DNA of 64,000 bases from Eledone cirrhosa (Eukaryota). Both the position numbers and the translations under genes were made by a program. Within the stretch, counting starts at the first letter, position 1. Each line of letters starts with the position of its first letter. The notes under the pieces are model-generated. The model was not told the origin of the DNA. It made no database searches and saw only the letters and a program-made list of their open reading frames with translations. The stretch lies in NCBI GenBank assembly GCA_964016885.1, contig OZ024742.1, forward strand, positions 353,152,001-353,216,000, read 5' to 3'. Below, piece after piece: positions 1 to 26,238 of this stretch.

Positions 1-33
1 AACACACATACACACATACACACTCACACACAC

Positions 34-78
<45 letters not shown>

Positions 79-97
79 ATAAATAATAATAATAGTA

Positions 98-287
98 ATT
101 GTTCCTACTTTTGGCACAGGGCCAGTAATTACCTAGTACATTACTGGTACTTTATTTTATCGACCTCGTAAGGATGAAAGGCAAAGTTAACCTCGGCGGG
201 AATTGAACTCAGAATGGCAGGAACCGTAACTCTATGCGTCAAAGCATGGCGTCCGACTCTCTACCGATACTGCCAATCCACCGCCCA
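98..287 (-). mobile_element. tRNA-derived SINE (octopus-type, central domain resembling MetaSINE)
   Basis: Minus strand has A-box-like TGGCAGTATCGG (275-264) and B-box GAGTTCAATTCCC (210-198), then CCGAGGTTAACTTTGCCTTTCATCCTTACGAGGTCGATAAA and an AT-rich tail. A second copy lies at 36900-37031. The family name is from memory. Confidence 0.8.
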
Positions 288-340
288 TATAATAATAGTT
301 ATTATTATTATAATAATTATAATAATAATAAAAATAAAAG

Positions 341-1072
<732 letters not shown>

Positions 1073-1839
1073 GTACATATATATATGTGTGCATGTATGT
1101 ATATATATATATATACATACTACTGTACGTCTGTATACATATATGTATGTACGTGTACATACTTATATTTAAGTAACAGCCGTACTAAGAGTGGGAAATG
1201 AAATTTCGTTCCATTTTTTCCGTGTATATATATATATATAATATATACATTTATAAATAAGATAAACAAGATATGTTGTATGTATATATATATATGCAGT
1301 AGCGCCTTCGAAGAAAAAAATAAGTATATTTGTTTTCTATTGTATCCTCATATTTGTTATCTAATAAAGCCCTCTAATTAATGAATTATGCTAATTATTT
1401 CGAGCAAAACATGATAAGATGGGCACTGCCACACATATAACTATGTATATGCGAGTGTATATGTGGGTGTATTTCAGGTCACCAGCTGCTGCTTACTGAC
1501 AACATGTATCCCAGTACAACTGGTCACATGGTCGGGTCGTTGGCGACTAAACTGGCAACCCCACCAAGGTTTCTTGGTGAGGAGGGAGACTTTGGACATC
1601 CTGCAGGACTAAAAAGAAAATCTGTCAAAGGGAAAAGGAGCTCTTAAGAGTCAATGGCCATCCAAATTCACAGAGAGAGATGACCCCTTAGACTTTGTCA
1701 AGGCAGTATTCTAGGAGAAGGAAAACTCTGATATAACACCTGCAATCCTTTTGGTATCCAATGATGTTGACTTGTTCTTCTTTTTGGTAAATATCATCTT
1801 GGTCAAGAGAGTGGGATTGGCTTTGTGCAGAGCCTTTGC

Positions 1840-2085
1840 TCACTATAAAAGCTTCACGGCACAGGCATTGCTTTATAATGGACATCTCTCTGCACTTGTC
1901 GTCACATGGTACCATGGGCCGAGTACTATGTGTCAATAATTGTCACAAGTGTTGTGTTTTTACCAGAGTTTTCAAGTCGCTGGCTGGACTAAAAATTCAC
2001 AGTCGTTCAGCGCATCGTTAGTGGTTCTCCTACATGTATATAAAGTCGTGGCCGTACTCGAAAACGAGGTTGGCAGCCACCATAT
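1840..2085 (+). mobile_element. Probable RTE-type LINE 3' remnant with a C-terminal C2H2-like motif
   Basis: ORF end CNNCHKCC...KSLAGLKIHSRSAHR* resembles the C-terminal zinc finger of RTE ORFs. No RT motif seen. Confidence 0.35.
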
Positions 2086-2282
2086 CAATACTATATTGTC
2101 CCAAACTCTTTTATGGTCGAGTTATCCAAGCAGGTGCTAAATATGATAGTTCGTTCTATATCCAATTTTACCTCCCGTCTGTAACCGCTGTATCACATGA
2201 TATCATATCCAACCGTCTTTAGAATTTCTCACTTGTTACGCCGGATGAACTAAGTGAGGGGTCTCCCTCTCTCTCTCTCTCT

Positions 2283-2373
<91 letters not shown>

Positions 2374-2490
2374 TGTGTGTATGTGTATAAATATATACAC
2401 ACACACGTAACACACAGTTCATCCACTCAACACACCCGACTCTATACACAAACGCATATTTCTCCACACATACGCTTCCACACACACACA

Positions 2491-2612
<122 letters not shown>

Positions 2613-3123
2613 AGCCACATCGCCCTCTCTCACACTCGAAATGGAATCAGGACCAGGCACTCCTAAAGCAGCCCAAACCTACAACACCACTCTCAATCAA
2701 TTATCTTCCTTTTACCATTCATTATTTCTTTCATCTCTTGTGTGTATACATATATATATATTTGCTTTAATTCCTCTTAATCTCCTTCAACACTCCTCCA
2801 CTCTCACACTGATGGACCCCCCAACACATATACACATACCCTCACTAATCTCTTATATATAGAATCACACAACCTGAGATCAGTTTGACAATCGCCACCG
2901 ACTAATCCGGGAAACTCATCCAGTAGAGTTAACCAGGAATCTTTAAAATTACCCCCACCGAATTTAACAAAGAACTAGATCAACCAAACCAAATTGTAAA
3001 ATTATTATATTATAAAATTAAATTGTTTAAAATTATAAGTGAAATCATTATTTTCCATTCTTCAAATATACGTACGTGTACGAAGTATTTCATACATTTT
3101 CCAGTATATATATATATATATAT

Positions 3124-6137
<3,014 letters not shown>

Positions 6138-6148
6138 TAATAAAAACA

Positions 6149-6200
<52 letters not shown>

Positions 6201-6228
6201 ATTTATATATATATATATATATATAAGT

Positions 6229-6918
<690 letters not shown>

Positions 6919-8848
6919 ATGATATATATATATATGTGTGTGTATATATGGACGTAGTACCTCTCTCTTTATATATATATATATATGTGTGTGTGTTTAT
7001 GTGTGTGTGTGTTTACGTATAATGAATATAGACATTTCGAATCACACTCTATTTGTACTGTCGCTAATTTCTACTAACTCACCGACCCTTCCCTATATAG
7101 AACTATGGTACCATCAATAGTGTTTATGTACGGAATGTCTATAGCATGATATTTCCTTGTATCGTAGACTAGGTAAGATTGCACTACTGTGGGAAAACTT
7201 ACAGAAAACTTTGTATATTATTCATTTATTTTTGAACATCAATGTCAGCGTTAATGTTTCTGTTACCTAACAGATTTAAGTTCAACGTTGAGTATTGGGA
7301 CTAGATATTTTGTATCGTATTAAACACAACTACATTATACAAGAGTTCAAATACCTTCTCGCACATGAAATTGAATTCAGGCTGATATTCTTTTCTATAC
7401 ACGAATACATTTCAAGAATTCCATGAATGATAGCGTGACATGGCTAAAGTAATAACTATATACGGTAAACTCTCCTTGAATATTTCGGCATTGCTTTTTA
7501 CATTTAACTTCTTATATTGATATACTGTTGTGAATTTAATACAGTAATCACAATCGTTTAGAGTTTCGCAATCAAAATGGCTAAAATATTCCTACCTTCA
7601 TGATTTCATTTCTACTGTCGACAACATTCTTCTCACTAACTATACAGGAAGCTTCGCATGTGATACAATATATATTTTTTCTTTACTTCATGGGTTTCTG
7701 ATTAGGTCTTCAATTTGTCATTTTGATTATATATAATTTCCTTTAGAATTGACCTTCATAGAAACTGCAGGTTTTTCGTTATAGCATACTATATACACAC
7801 AGAGAGATTGCATTATATAACAGAGCTTAAATGTTATTCAGTTGTTAAACGTTTGAGGATCTCCTGCATATTGCATTTACGAGAGCCTACACTATAAATA
7901 ATGAAATTCATATAGAAATATGTTTGACGAAATAAAACGGTGGAAATATTGCAAAAAGTAATTGCAGTAAACTTGAGTTATTTCCGCTCGTATGCAAAAT
8001 ATTATTTCTATAACTTTCACAAGCTTATATACTTACACGTTACACACATGCACAAACGAACATACACACATGCCCAGGCAGAGCTACTCAGATATACGCT
8101 CTCAAGTACAGCAGCATAAATCTAAACTATAATAAAGTAAGGGTGCGGGACTGCATATGGTTATACTGTTTTATCCCATTAGTAAAATAAGTTGGATTAC
8201 TTTGAATAAATAATGAATGAATATTACATAATTTATCTATTAAGTTTGTAGTTGTTGATTAAATATATTTTATTATTTATTTAAATATTTACTTATTGCT
8301 AGTATATATAAACATGTAAAAATAGGAATATTGCATATCATGTAAGTAACCAATTTCTCACGAGAACATATTCATTGTATAGAGATGGTAGTTATATTCA
8401 ATAGAGAGAATATAAGAAGATATGTATTAATTGCAAGTGAAATATTATATAAAACATATTGGTCTCATATATAAACGATTAAGATATTATGACTTACAAA
8501 TAAATGAGTGTTTTAATGCAACACATCAATTTCCTTTTATCTGTATACTCCTATGGCTGGCCATTCGATTAGTGGGATATCTGTCAACAAAGGGTGTCTA
8601 CATGTTTACTATCTAAGATCGCACTTGTAGAATCAATGATAATAATTCCAGGATTATTCTTGTATATCTGAACTGATGTATTATGTTTTAAAATCCTCCG
8701 ATGTATTTCAGCCTTAGGCACTCACTCTCACATCACAAATCACCACTGCCCTTTCTTCCTCGTCGTTGCACATGTCTACACACGCATGTGCAGATGGCAG
8801 TTAAATACATATTATAGTGAAAGTGCAGATAATATTTTACTTACCTGC

Positions 8849-9200
<352 letters not shown>

Positions 9201-9945
9201 AATATATTCCAAGAATAGAATTTCATTTACCACGCTACTGTCCCGCCAAAAAATGTGTTCTGTGAGGAAACATATCTAGCACCACTGTTGCTGTTACGTT
9301 ATGACTACACCACTCTCTCTATACACAAGAGTTCATTCTCCAGTCTCTTTCTTAGAGGGAGAAGAAGAAAACTTACCTCTTAATTTTAAATCTTTAATTT
9401 TTAGTTTTTAATACTTATTAAAACTTTTTTAAATGCAGTACGCAAAATGTCATGAGATGAAACAACTCTTCCAGCGCATCTCCCTTACGATGATCTGGGG
9501 AAACGCTTTCTCCATTCTGTCTACCGGGGCTGTGGGGAGGCCATTACGCGAGACCCTACTTGCTCACCATACGGAGAGATGGGGGAGGGCCAGAGAGAAG
9601 GAGGCGATGGCAGTGGATGTTTGGATGTTGTTTTATGGTTACAATTGCATAGTTAACAAAATAATTTCCTATTTATTTCATACAGTAAGTGATTTCTCGT
9701 AACGTTTTTTTTTGTCATATATAATACATCTAAACCGGTTATACATTATATACATTACACTAACAACCGGTTATACATTATATACATTACACTTACAACC
9801 GGTAATACTTTATATATATTACAAAACTATTCTGCATAAGAATTGTCCCTCTCATTTTCTTCAATATATCACTTTCACGAATCAAAGAAAGTAAAAAAAG
9901 AAAGACAGAGTGTAAAATGTATTTTGCGTGGTATTTCCAACTTCA

Positions 9946-10122
<177 letters not shown>

Positions 10123-10435
10123 GCTCTGTATATATATATATATATAGTCAGTCTCCTAATATGTAAATCACGCCCATCAGTCACCGTATATTTTAGAAAA
10201 TAGCATGTATTTTCACTTGCCCTGACATTTGGCAGGTGAATAGTGAGCTATACTGGTGAAAGGTGATACTCAGAACAGTAATGTCTGCAGTTCGGTTTAT
10301 ATGCAAACACAAGAACAATAAGGGAGGGTTCATTCTACTGACATGGCTTTAAAAATGAGGCTTGTTTTCATAATTGCAAACGAATCGAATGTTATTATTA
10401 ATATTCGAAAAACTCAGATCACATATATATATATT

Positions 10436-10637
10436 TGCAACTGGGCCTCGGTTAAATACGTCGGGTCCGTGAACTGAAATCCGCCTGGCGGTAAACGGAG
10501 GCGGGTTTGCCTAAGGATCACTCGGCGAAGAACGTTCCGGAAAGACCTGATGGCACGGTCTAAAAAGTTGCCGCAGATCGTGACCGTTGGGGAGTACTTA
10601 CTGCTCGATGCGCCGAACGGTGCGGAAGAATCTAAGA
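10436..10637 (+). mobile_element. RTE-type LINE 3' end fragment
   Basis: Translates across frameshifts to PPGGKRRR..RIT.RRTFRKDL..ADRDRW.VLTARCAERCGRI*, which matches the RTE C-terminal GRP..TW..A.DR..W pattern. Ends in ctaag. Confidence 0.65.
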
Positions 10638-10743
10638 TATATATATATAAGTGGGATCTGAGTTATTCGAATATTAATAATAACATTCGATCCGTTTGCA
10701 ATTATGCAAAGACACCTATATATACATATATACACACACACAC

Positions 10744-10787
<44 letters not shown>

Positions 10788-10924
10788 GATATTAAATAAA
10801 TGGAAACTATATTTATAAAACCATATTTATTTCGTTATATATATTTCAGGGATATCATATTAACAATATGTTATGCCTTCTTCAGACAAAATACAATGTA
10901 AACAGTCTTATAAATAAATAGATA

Positions 10925-12980
10925 TAATATAAATGAAAATGTCTCGGACTTAAACAAAGTTTTCAAATCCAAAAGAAATCCACCCCCCAACAAACTTTTA
11001 TCTGACTTTGAAAACGATATAATTTCTATCATACAAGGAGTCAAATTCAAGAGAAACTTCAAAGGCCAGGAATATCTGAAAGGCATTAGGGACAATATTG
11101 AGAGCTTAGAGAAAATTGAGAAGATCTTGGTAAAATCTGACAAGACCAACAACCTCTATGTAGTGCAGAAAGACATGTATAATGGCCTCATACTAAAAGA
11201 ACTGAGGAAAAAGTACAGGGTAGCAGATAAGGCCGAGCTAGAGAAAATGAATGTTGAGGCATCTTGTATAATGCACGAGTTGGAAATTGAGAACAGAACA
11301 CAACCTTTCGTGCCCAGGAAACCGAAGATCAATATGAAAGATCATAAGAGAAATTTTGAGAATGACTTGCCAGTCAGATTGATTGCACCATCAAAATCGG
11401 ACCTGGGTAAACTAAGCAAAACCATTCTTGACAGGGTGATACAGCATATTAAAAACTTGAGTTGTTTACCAAACCTGAGCTTGTGGAAGGGAACTGGTGA
11501 GGTTGTTGAGTGGTTTAAGCAAATTAAATATAACAATAATAATAAGTTTATTCTACTTGATATTGCTAACTATTATTCTTCCATTACCCCTAATCTACTA
11601 AATAAGGCACTAAATTACGCATTCAAACATACAGACCTAACTAGCAATGAAATGCACATTATATTATCGGCTAGGAAAACATTGATAGAATTTAATGACC
11701 AACTATGGACCCGAGCAGATAGAGATAACAATTTTGACATTACTGTGGGATCATCCGACTCAGCTCAGGTAACTGACCTTGTGGGCTTATTTTTAATCAA
11801 TTCGCTGCATAGGAAAATACCTGGTACTACCGGAGGTTTATATAGAGATGACATGCTTTTACTTATTGATAATAATAACCTGAACTAAATAGAAAAAGAA
11901 AACAAATTACACAATTTTTTAATCACTTTAATCTAAAAATAGAAATTGAGAATAACCATAGAATAGTCAACTTCCTAGATATAACAGTAAATCTCAACAC
12001 ATGTCTTCACTATCCATTTCACAAGTTGAACGAAAACTTAAACTATGTCAGCTTTAACTCTAACCACCCCAGATCTGTTAAAAATACTATAGTAAACTCT
12101 GTTCAATCACGTATCTCTAGAATCTCATCTAATAAAAAGATTTTCGACGAAAAAGCCCATTATTACAATGAAGCGTTAGCTAGAGCAGGATATAGTGATA
12201 ACATTATGTACATAGATAATGATAAACAAATTAAACAAAATAACAACTATTTTAATTACGGCCCCAACCTTAACAACTATAATAGAAAGCATTACAATAA
12301 TTCCAAAAGCCATAAAAGAAATAGAACTAGGAATATAATATGGTTCCCCCCCCCTTTCTCACTAAACATTAAAACCCACATTGCTAAACTATTTTTTAAA
12401 GCTCTTGATAATCGCTTCCCTAGAACACATAGGTATCACTCAATTTTCAATAGACATACTATAAAACTAACCTACTCATCCACCAAAAATTTAGCGCAAA
12501 ATATTAATAGAATAAATAACAGGAACTTAAAACCTAGCGATAATAGCATAAATAATATCCAAGTTAACAAATGTAACTGTAGAGATAGATCTAAATGTCC
12601 GTTAAATAACAACTGCTTAGTTAAAAATATAATATACAACTGTAATGTTAAAACGGACGTTAATTCTTTTAACTACGTTGGTTCTACATCGACGGAATTT
12701 AAACTTGGCTATAACAACCACTAGAATTCTTTCACAGATCCATCCAAAAAATCTTCAACATCACTATCAGGCGTACTCTGGCAACTTAGGCATGATAACG
12801 TTAGATATTCGACGACTTGGAATATAGTTTCAAGGGGGATTCCTTTTAATTCATCCTCTGAGACATGTGACCTCTGCGCGGAGGAGATATTCTTTATACT
12901 AAAATCTAAAAATTCCCTTAATCTACGGACAAATGTATTCAGTTGCTGCAGACATAGATTGAACTCAACGTTTAAATATA
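10925..12980 (+). pseudogene. PLE reverse transcriptase plus C-terminal GIY-YIG endonuclease (frameshift near 11885, stop at 12722)
   Basis: KDHKRNF..RLIAPSKSDLG, FILLDIANYYSSI, FDITVGSSDSAQVTDLVG, GLYRDDML, VNFLDI, CNCRDRSKCPL, IIYNC..YVGST, CDLC..FSCCRH. Confidence 0.92.
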
Positions 12981-14313
12981 TATTTAAATTTAAAATGTAG
13001 TTATGTTTGATTTGATTTGTAATTATTTATGAAACTAGCCGATAAATCTTTCGATTTCTTCTTTTGATTACAACATTCTTTTTATTTTAAACATTCTTCA
13101 TGAATAATTAAACTACCCTAAAAGCTGATGCTCCAAATATATCGAATTAAATTTTACACTAGATAAACTTCTATATTAAATATAAGAACATATGTGGACC
13201 AATTGGGTATCCTAAACTTTTGGAATGATTTATGCTAGACAGGATTTGGTAAACAATTTTTGTTTTATCTGTTTCGACTCTGATGCTTATCATGAACTTG
13301 GCAATATATTGTCAATTAACTTTGAAAGGCTGATCTCTGTGGCCGATTTGCGTGGCATACTATGTTTTATTTTTATTATTTTGTAATATTTTTTATTTTT
13401 AATATTAAATGTTTTAGTTTTCTGTTTATTTATTTATTTTCTTGTCTCTGATATTTTTATTTTTATTTTTATTTTTATTTTTATTTTTATTTTTATTTTT
13501 ATTTTTATTTTTATTAATATATTGAAATCTGTTCTCTATTTCTGCTTGATCGACAATCATGTAAAGTAAAGACAAGAATAGTACTGTTAAAATTAATATA
13601 GACTCTATATATATGTGTATATATACACACATATATGTATACTTGAAATTTTATAGCACAATGAGAATGTTTTCGTGTGAATTGGGAGTTTGTTTATAAT
13701 TATGATATAAACATATGAATTTTTAAAAACTAGACATAAGATCATTACTTTTCACACATTATAGATACATGTCTCATTCATGAATACTGATATTTACATT
13801 ATAATGCCTGTTTTATACGAACTAATATTTTCTACAGGATGAAACATAGCGTTTTGAAATTCTGCCTCGGTTTTGTCTGGCTATTTTTCATTTTCTCTTT
13901 TTCATTTTCTCTTTTTTCTCTCTATATAACGGCTATTTTCTCTCTTAACTACATACATCTCTCTTTAGACTAATACTAGAGCTAAATAAATAAATAAATA
14001 AATAAATAAATGTATCAACCGATACTCAACTTCCGAGTTTCTCTATCTATCTCTATCTATCTCTTTCTTTTTTCCTCTCTCTATATATATTTCTCTCTGT
14101 TTCTTTACATGAAGTTCTTCTCTTTATCTATCTTTCTATATCTCTCTATTTAGTCACATGCATTTCTTCCTTTTCTTCGTTTCTCTTTCTTTCTTATTTT
14201 TCTCTTTCTTTTTACAACTGTCCACAATATTTTTTACTGCCAAATCAACCTCCCAAATGCAAGGTGATTGAAAGGTATGTCGTATCTATTTATTTATAAG
14301 ACTGTTTATATTG

Positions 14314-14379
14314 TATTTTGTCTGAAGAAGGCATAACATATTGTTAATATGATATCCCTGAAATATATATAACGAAATA
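14314..14379 (+). ncRNA. Type I hammerhead, intact core (inverted twin at 10828-10893, -)
   Basis: tattttgt-CTGAAGA-aggcataacatattgttaatatgatatccct-GAAA-tatata-TA-acgaaata. 8-bp stem I and palindromic stem III. Confidence 0.9.
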
Positions 14380-14510
14380 AATATGGTTTTATAAATATAG
14401 TTTCCATTTATTTAATATCATAAATATAGTCCAAATACTTGTTGAGTGCTTTTATATCAGTTATAAATATTTACTCGTTGTAAACCCAACAATTTAAATA
14501 TAACTTTCCA

Positions 14511-14658
<148 letters not shown>

Positions 14659-14669
14659 AGTGTGTGTGT

Positions 14670-19510
<4,841 letters not shown>

Positions 19511-19513
19511 TTC

Positions 19514-19552
19514 TACAGCACTAGTACTGTTTCATTCTCTAGAAATCATCAG
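19514..19552 (-). ncRNA. Hammerhead core lacking the 3' strand of stem I
   Basis: CTGATGA-tttctagagaat-GAAA-cagtactagtgctg-TA. Near-palindromic stem III. Confidence 0.55.
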
Positions 19553-19692
19553 TAATTAGCCGTCGCTACGGCTTGAGCTCAGCCGCCAGAGTCCTACTCG
19601 TTCCTATTATCCACTCTACTATCATAAGTATTGAGTACTTTGGTGCGTTATGGTCCATCTGGTCATTACCACATTTCCATCGTTTTATTTAT

Positions 19693-22212
<2,520 letters not shown>

Positions 22213-22274
22213 TTATATATATACATATAGTGACGAAAGATAAGTCAATTGCATGAAATCATAATCCTTTATTT

Positions 22275-22330
22275 ACTGCTGTATATATTTCGATGATACC
22301 CATTGAATGGCTATGACCTCATCAGGCAGT
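22275..22330 (-). ncRNA. Decayed hammerhead in a solo PLE terminal-repeat remnant (~22228-22395)
   Basis: actgc-CTGATGA-ggtcatagccattcaatgggtatcatc-GAAA-tatata-CA-gcagt. Stem I is perfect and the conserved U16.1 is replaced by C. Confidence 0.65.
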
Positions 22331-22839
22331 TTGTCAGTTCTTAGATATGCCAGCTCTGTGTTTATAATGTTGATGGTATCAGAGCCTTGGGACATATATA
22401 TATATATATACAGTTACAAAAAAAGAGGAAACAATACACAATTTTCTGTTCAATATCCCATCTGAGCAGTTTCGTTGATCCATATGATAAAATTCGGTCA
22501 TTATAGAGAAGCACCATCTTTGAGAAGCAAATAAGAACAAGTCAGAGAAAAGGATTGTTTTGCAGACGCGCTTGTTGAAAGTGAAACATTATCTATATGC
22601 GGAGAGAGGACAAGAAAAGGGATTTATTCCCTTCTAGCAAGTGAATATACCTCAGGGGGTGGAGGAAGACATTAATACACGATACAGAGGTTACATGTGG
22701 GTAGGAAAGTGGACACAAAGTGAATATCGTGTTTTACTTGAAAAAGTAGTTAGTACTATTTCGGTTTATATCGACCATAGGTTGTGTTTCAGACAACATG
22801 ATAAAGACACACACAACACACACACACAACACACACACA

Positions 22840-22966
<127 letters not shown>

Positions 22967-23476
22967 CGGTGTGTGTGTGTGTGGACTGTTGAAGTGAACA
23001 TACGTATTTCTATTGCTCTCTACCAATTCAGTAGCAAGCTACACAACTTTAAATCATATCTGCCCGTACATATACATTTATATATATTTGAAACCACGTG
23101 ATTTTTCTACCAACTCATAAGTAAGTATTCTTAACTACATATTATTATAAACACAAGTTTTTCTCTAAATATCTTCTAACAACCAAACGGCCAAAAACTT
23201 TAATAAGCTCAAACAACCAAATAATCAAATCTAACGTCCCTAACAGAGAATACATATCTATATATACGCTACTTTAATATCTTCAAATAACCAAATGCTC
23301 ATTCACATAAGGAAAAAAGTATATACAAATACACGTGCCTTTCCAACAAACGCGCAAGTAAGTTTTCTTATCTACAAACTATTATATACACTCGTTTTTC
23401 CTTGAATATCTGCAAACAACCAAATAAAGAAAAACTATTAACATCCTGAAACAACAAAACTCACATCCTTAAGAGA

Positions 23477-23531
<55 letters not shown>

Positions 23532-23639
23532 CACGATTCTTTAATATCTTCAAATAACCAAAGTCTCACTCACGTATCAAATATCTAATATAAAATATCT
23601 AAATTCGTACACAAGGGAGGAAAAAAAATATGACTACTG

Positions 23640-25548
23640 ACCACCAAGCCCACAACAGACGAAATTGGTCTCATAATGAAATTGACATCTTAATAAACAC
23701 CTGGTTTTCTTTGTCCCAAACAGTAAACATTTACACGTCGTGTCTGAAAATACAGCTCAAACATTTACCACGAGGTCTGCTAAGCAGATACACAGCAAAC
23801 TAATTCAAAACCATTTTGAAAAACTTCGACATCTATACTCCAATGGACAACCACAACAACAGCAGCAACAACAACACCAAGAACACCAACAATCACAACA
23901 ACAACAGCCAGAAAATCAGGAGCCACCACAACCGCCACCACTACTGAATTCAAGCATAATAGCTGAGTTACTGTATGACAGTATGCCTCAACCACTTTCT
24001 CAGCCATCATTATCGCCATCACCCTCTTCTGCAACATCAACTGCTAGTAATGGACCTCTGCTTTCTCTCACAGCACTCACACGGCCTCCACCACATTTGT
24101 CATCATCATCATCGTCACTACCACTGCTTTCTTCCCCCACATCAGTACTACAGTCATGCTGTAGTCAAAAGAACTTTTTAAAAATCTATGGAGCTGTATG
24201 CACTCCCTCACTACTTCAAAGGCTATGCACATGTAGCGACTGCATATTTCCCCATTTACCGGGTACTAGGCGCACTAACACTGCCAGCCAACACCAAAGC
24301 ACGCTGCCCACAAGCATAAGTCGGAGTCCCAAAATCTGGCAACAATCTCAACGTCAGAGGCTATGTCTACTGACTGACTCATCTTCCTGGGACACAACGC
24401 AATAACAGAAAAGGGTATCCATGCCAACACACACATCACAATAAAGCCACCTCCTGCTGCAGTAATGTTGCTCCAGTCAGCAATGGCGTCCACAAGGCAC
24501 TCTGTTGGGCCCACTTCTTTCCATCATCTACATTAATGACATTACTGACATCATCATGCACAGCAACGTAAGAATCTTCACAGATGATTCCAGACTCCAA
24601 AGGGCCATGAATGGGATTGGGTGACCGGACTTGACTTCAGTCAGACCTACTGGCTGTTATCCAATGGGCAGAAAAGAATAATATGCTGTTGAATGAGGAT
24701 GAGTTTGAATTAATCCACTTTGGAAAAATGTACGCCCTGAAACTACCATACTCTATTACTTCGGGTGAAACTCTAGAGGCATCCAATGACATCAGAGACC
24801 TGGGAGTAATTGTCGACAACAACATAAGCTGGGCCACTCATATAAACAATAACATTAATATGGCCCGCATAATGTGTTCCTGCATTCTTAGAACTTTCAA
24901 GTCGAGAGATATCCACACTGATATCCTTCTCTTCTCCATTTTGCCCGGCCCCACCTTGAATAATGTTGTCCACCACACGAACCAAAGTCACCCCACACGG
25001 AACAAAGTATCATGAAAGTTGAAGCACCCAAATGTCAGTTACAAAAAAGACAGATGGCATGACATACCTTGACTATTAGAGTCGATTAGAAAAGCTCAAC
25101 CTTTATTCTCTCCAACGTCGCCGTGAGCGCTACATTATCTGTATGATGTGGAAAATATTCCATCAGCTTTGCCCAAATGATGTTCGCACCAACTTTAATG
25201 TACACCCAAGGCTTGGGCCCCGTACTATCAACCCACGACGAAAATCTCACTCGCATCAAATAACTACATTCGGCACAATTATTTGACCTCAATTGGCACT
25301 GCTCCCTTTAACATTACACCAAAACACACCAAAGCAGAAGCAGACCCCCATCTAGTTCAAGAAGTATTTGGACAAATTCCTTCAAGATATCCCGGGTAAG
25401 CCTCCGAGACCCGGATATGCCGCGGTAAACAATAACTCTCTGCTCGAGTAGGCTATGGTGCCCAAACACTGATATGTATGACTTCGCCAGGTGGTGCTAT
25501 TAAGTTAGACGTGGCCTGGGCCAGTACTGGCCGAAACTTATCAAAGTT

Positions 25549-25550
<2 letters not shown>
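23640..25550 (+). mobile_element. Internally deleted CR1/L2-group LINE remnant
   Basis: RT 3' half across frameshifts: GVPQG..LGPL.F..YINDI, RIFTDDSR, LQSDL..VIQWAEKNNMLLNEDEFELIHFG, RDLGVIVD..ISW..HI, RLEKLNLYSLQRRRERY. Q/P/S-rich ORF 23740-24405 upstream may or may not belong to it. Confidence 0.75.
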
Positions 25551-25589
<39 letters not shown>

Positions 25590-25592
<3 letters not shown>

Positions 25593-25770
25593 GTGTGTCG
25601 GATGGTTGCTATGATGCTTCCATAGGCGGTATGCCGGTTGAGCACTCTATGCTCTTACAGAGCAGAGTATGATATAATATAAAACGAAAAAATCAGTGAT
25701 GCATCTGAACTCAATTTATTGTGTGTTACAATTGTTTCGCCGGCGGATTTCTCGAGACGCGATCATTGTG
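25590..25770 (-). mobile_element. PLE terminal-repeat remnant: 3' half of HHR plus hairpin at 25663-25641
   Basis: GAAA-caattg-TA (palindromic stem III) near 25738-25727, then gctc-tgt-aaga-gca-ta-gagt-gct, then (TA)n. Confidence 0.55.
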
Positions 25771-25979
25771 TGGATCTGTCTGATTCTGGATCTGCAGGTT
25801 CGACGGACACGTCTAATGATTTCGGAGCATATTCTCTCACTGGAGTATCTGACCCTATGTGTCAGTACTGTCAAAAACTCCATCCTCTTCACGCGTCCAT
25901 CATAAATTCTGACCACACTTATCAATCCGCTGTCCCATGTCTGCTACACTTCAATGAATTACTGCTTTCATCCTTAAGC

Positions 25980-26112
25980 GTGAAACCAGCTATTCTTTGC
26001 TCAAACTTTTATCTGTTATTTTAATAAATATTTGCTGTAGGGTTCTCATATATTTGATATATTTATCCTTATCGAGCCCTCCCGATATAAGACTTCACAT
26101 TTATTATTATTA

Positions 26113-26115
<3 letters not shown>
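25980..26115 (+). repeat. Short PLE tail-like repeat; second copy at 27181-27345
   Basis: Shared ttctttgct.aaactt..atctgttatt..ttatccttatcgagccctc..tttattattattact. Confidence 0.7.
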
Positions 26116-26147
<32 letters not shown>

Positions 26148-26164
26148 TACATATTAGCATTCAT

Positions 26165-26196
26165 ATGTGTGTGTGTGAGTGGTTCCAACCTTCAAC

Positions 26197-26238
<42 letters not shown>

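Larger units (their letters stand above)
10787..14510 (+). mobile_element. PLE family B (probably Hydra clade): inverted partial terminal repeat 10787-10924, 5'-truncated ORF, ~1.3-kb 3' UTR, tailed terminal repeat 14284-14510
   Basis: 10787-10924 is the reverse complement of 14284-14421. Inserted in (TA)n. The clade call rests on recalled motifs (GLYRDD, CNCR..CPL, CxxC..CRH). Confidence 0.92.

Noticed and set aside
1470-1700. GC-richer segment as an RTE 5' UTR with an HDV-like ribozyme
   Set aside because: I could not build the nested double pseudoknot.
2870-2932. Possible hammerhead CTGA..GA-tcagtt..gactaatccgg-GAAA-ctcatccag-TA
   Set aside because: The core needs a deletion to fit and stem I does not pair. 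Too decayed to call.
23150-23575. Degenerate direct repeats (atcttcaaataaccaaa)
   Set aside because: An old ~250-bp tandem duplication. It has no fixed repeat-spacer period, so it is not CRISPR-like.
23740-24405. 221-aa Q/P/S-rich ORF as a host transcription factor
   Set aside because: It starts at GTG, is low complexity, has no domain, and runs into CR1-type RT sequence.
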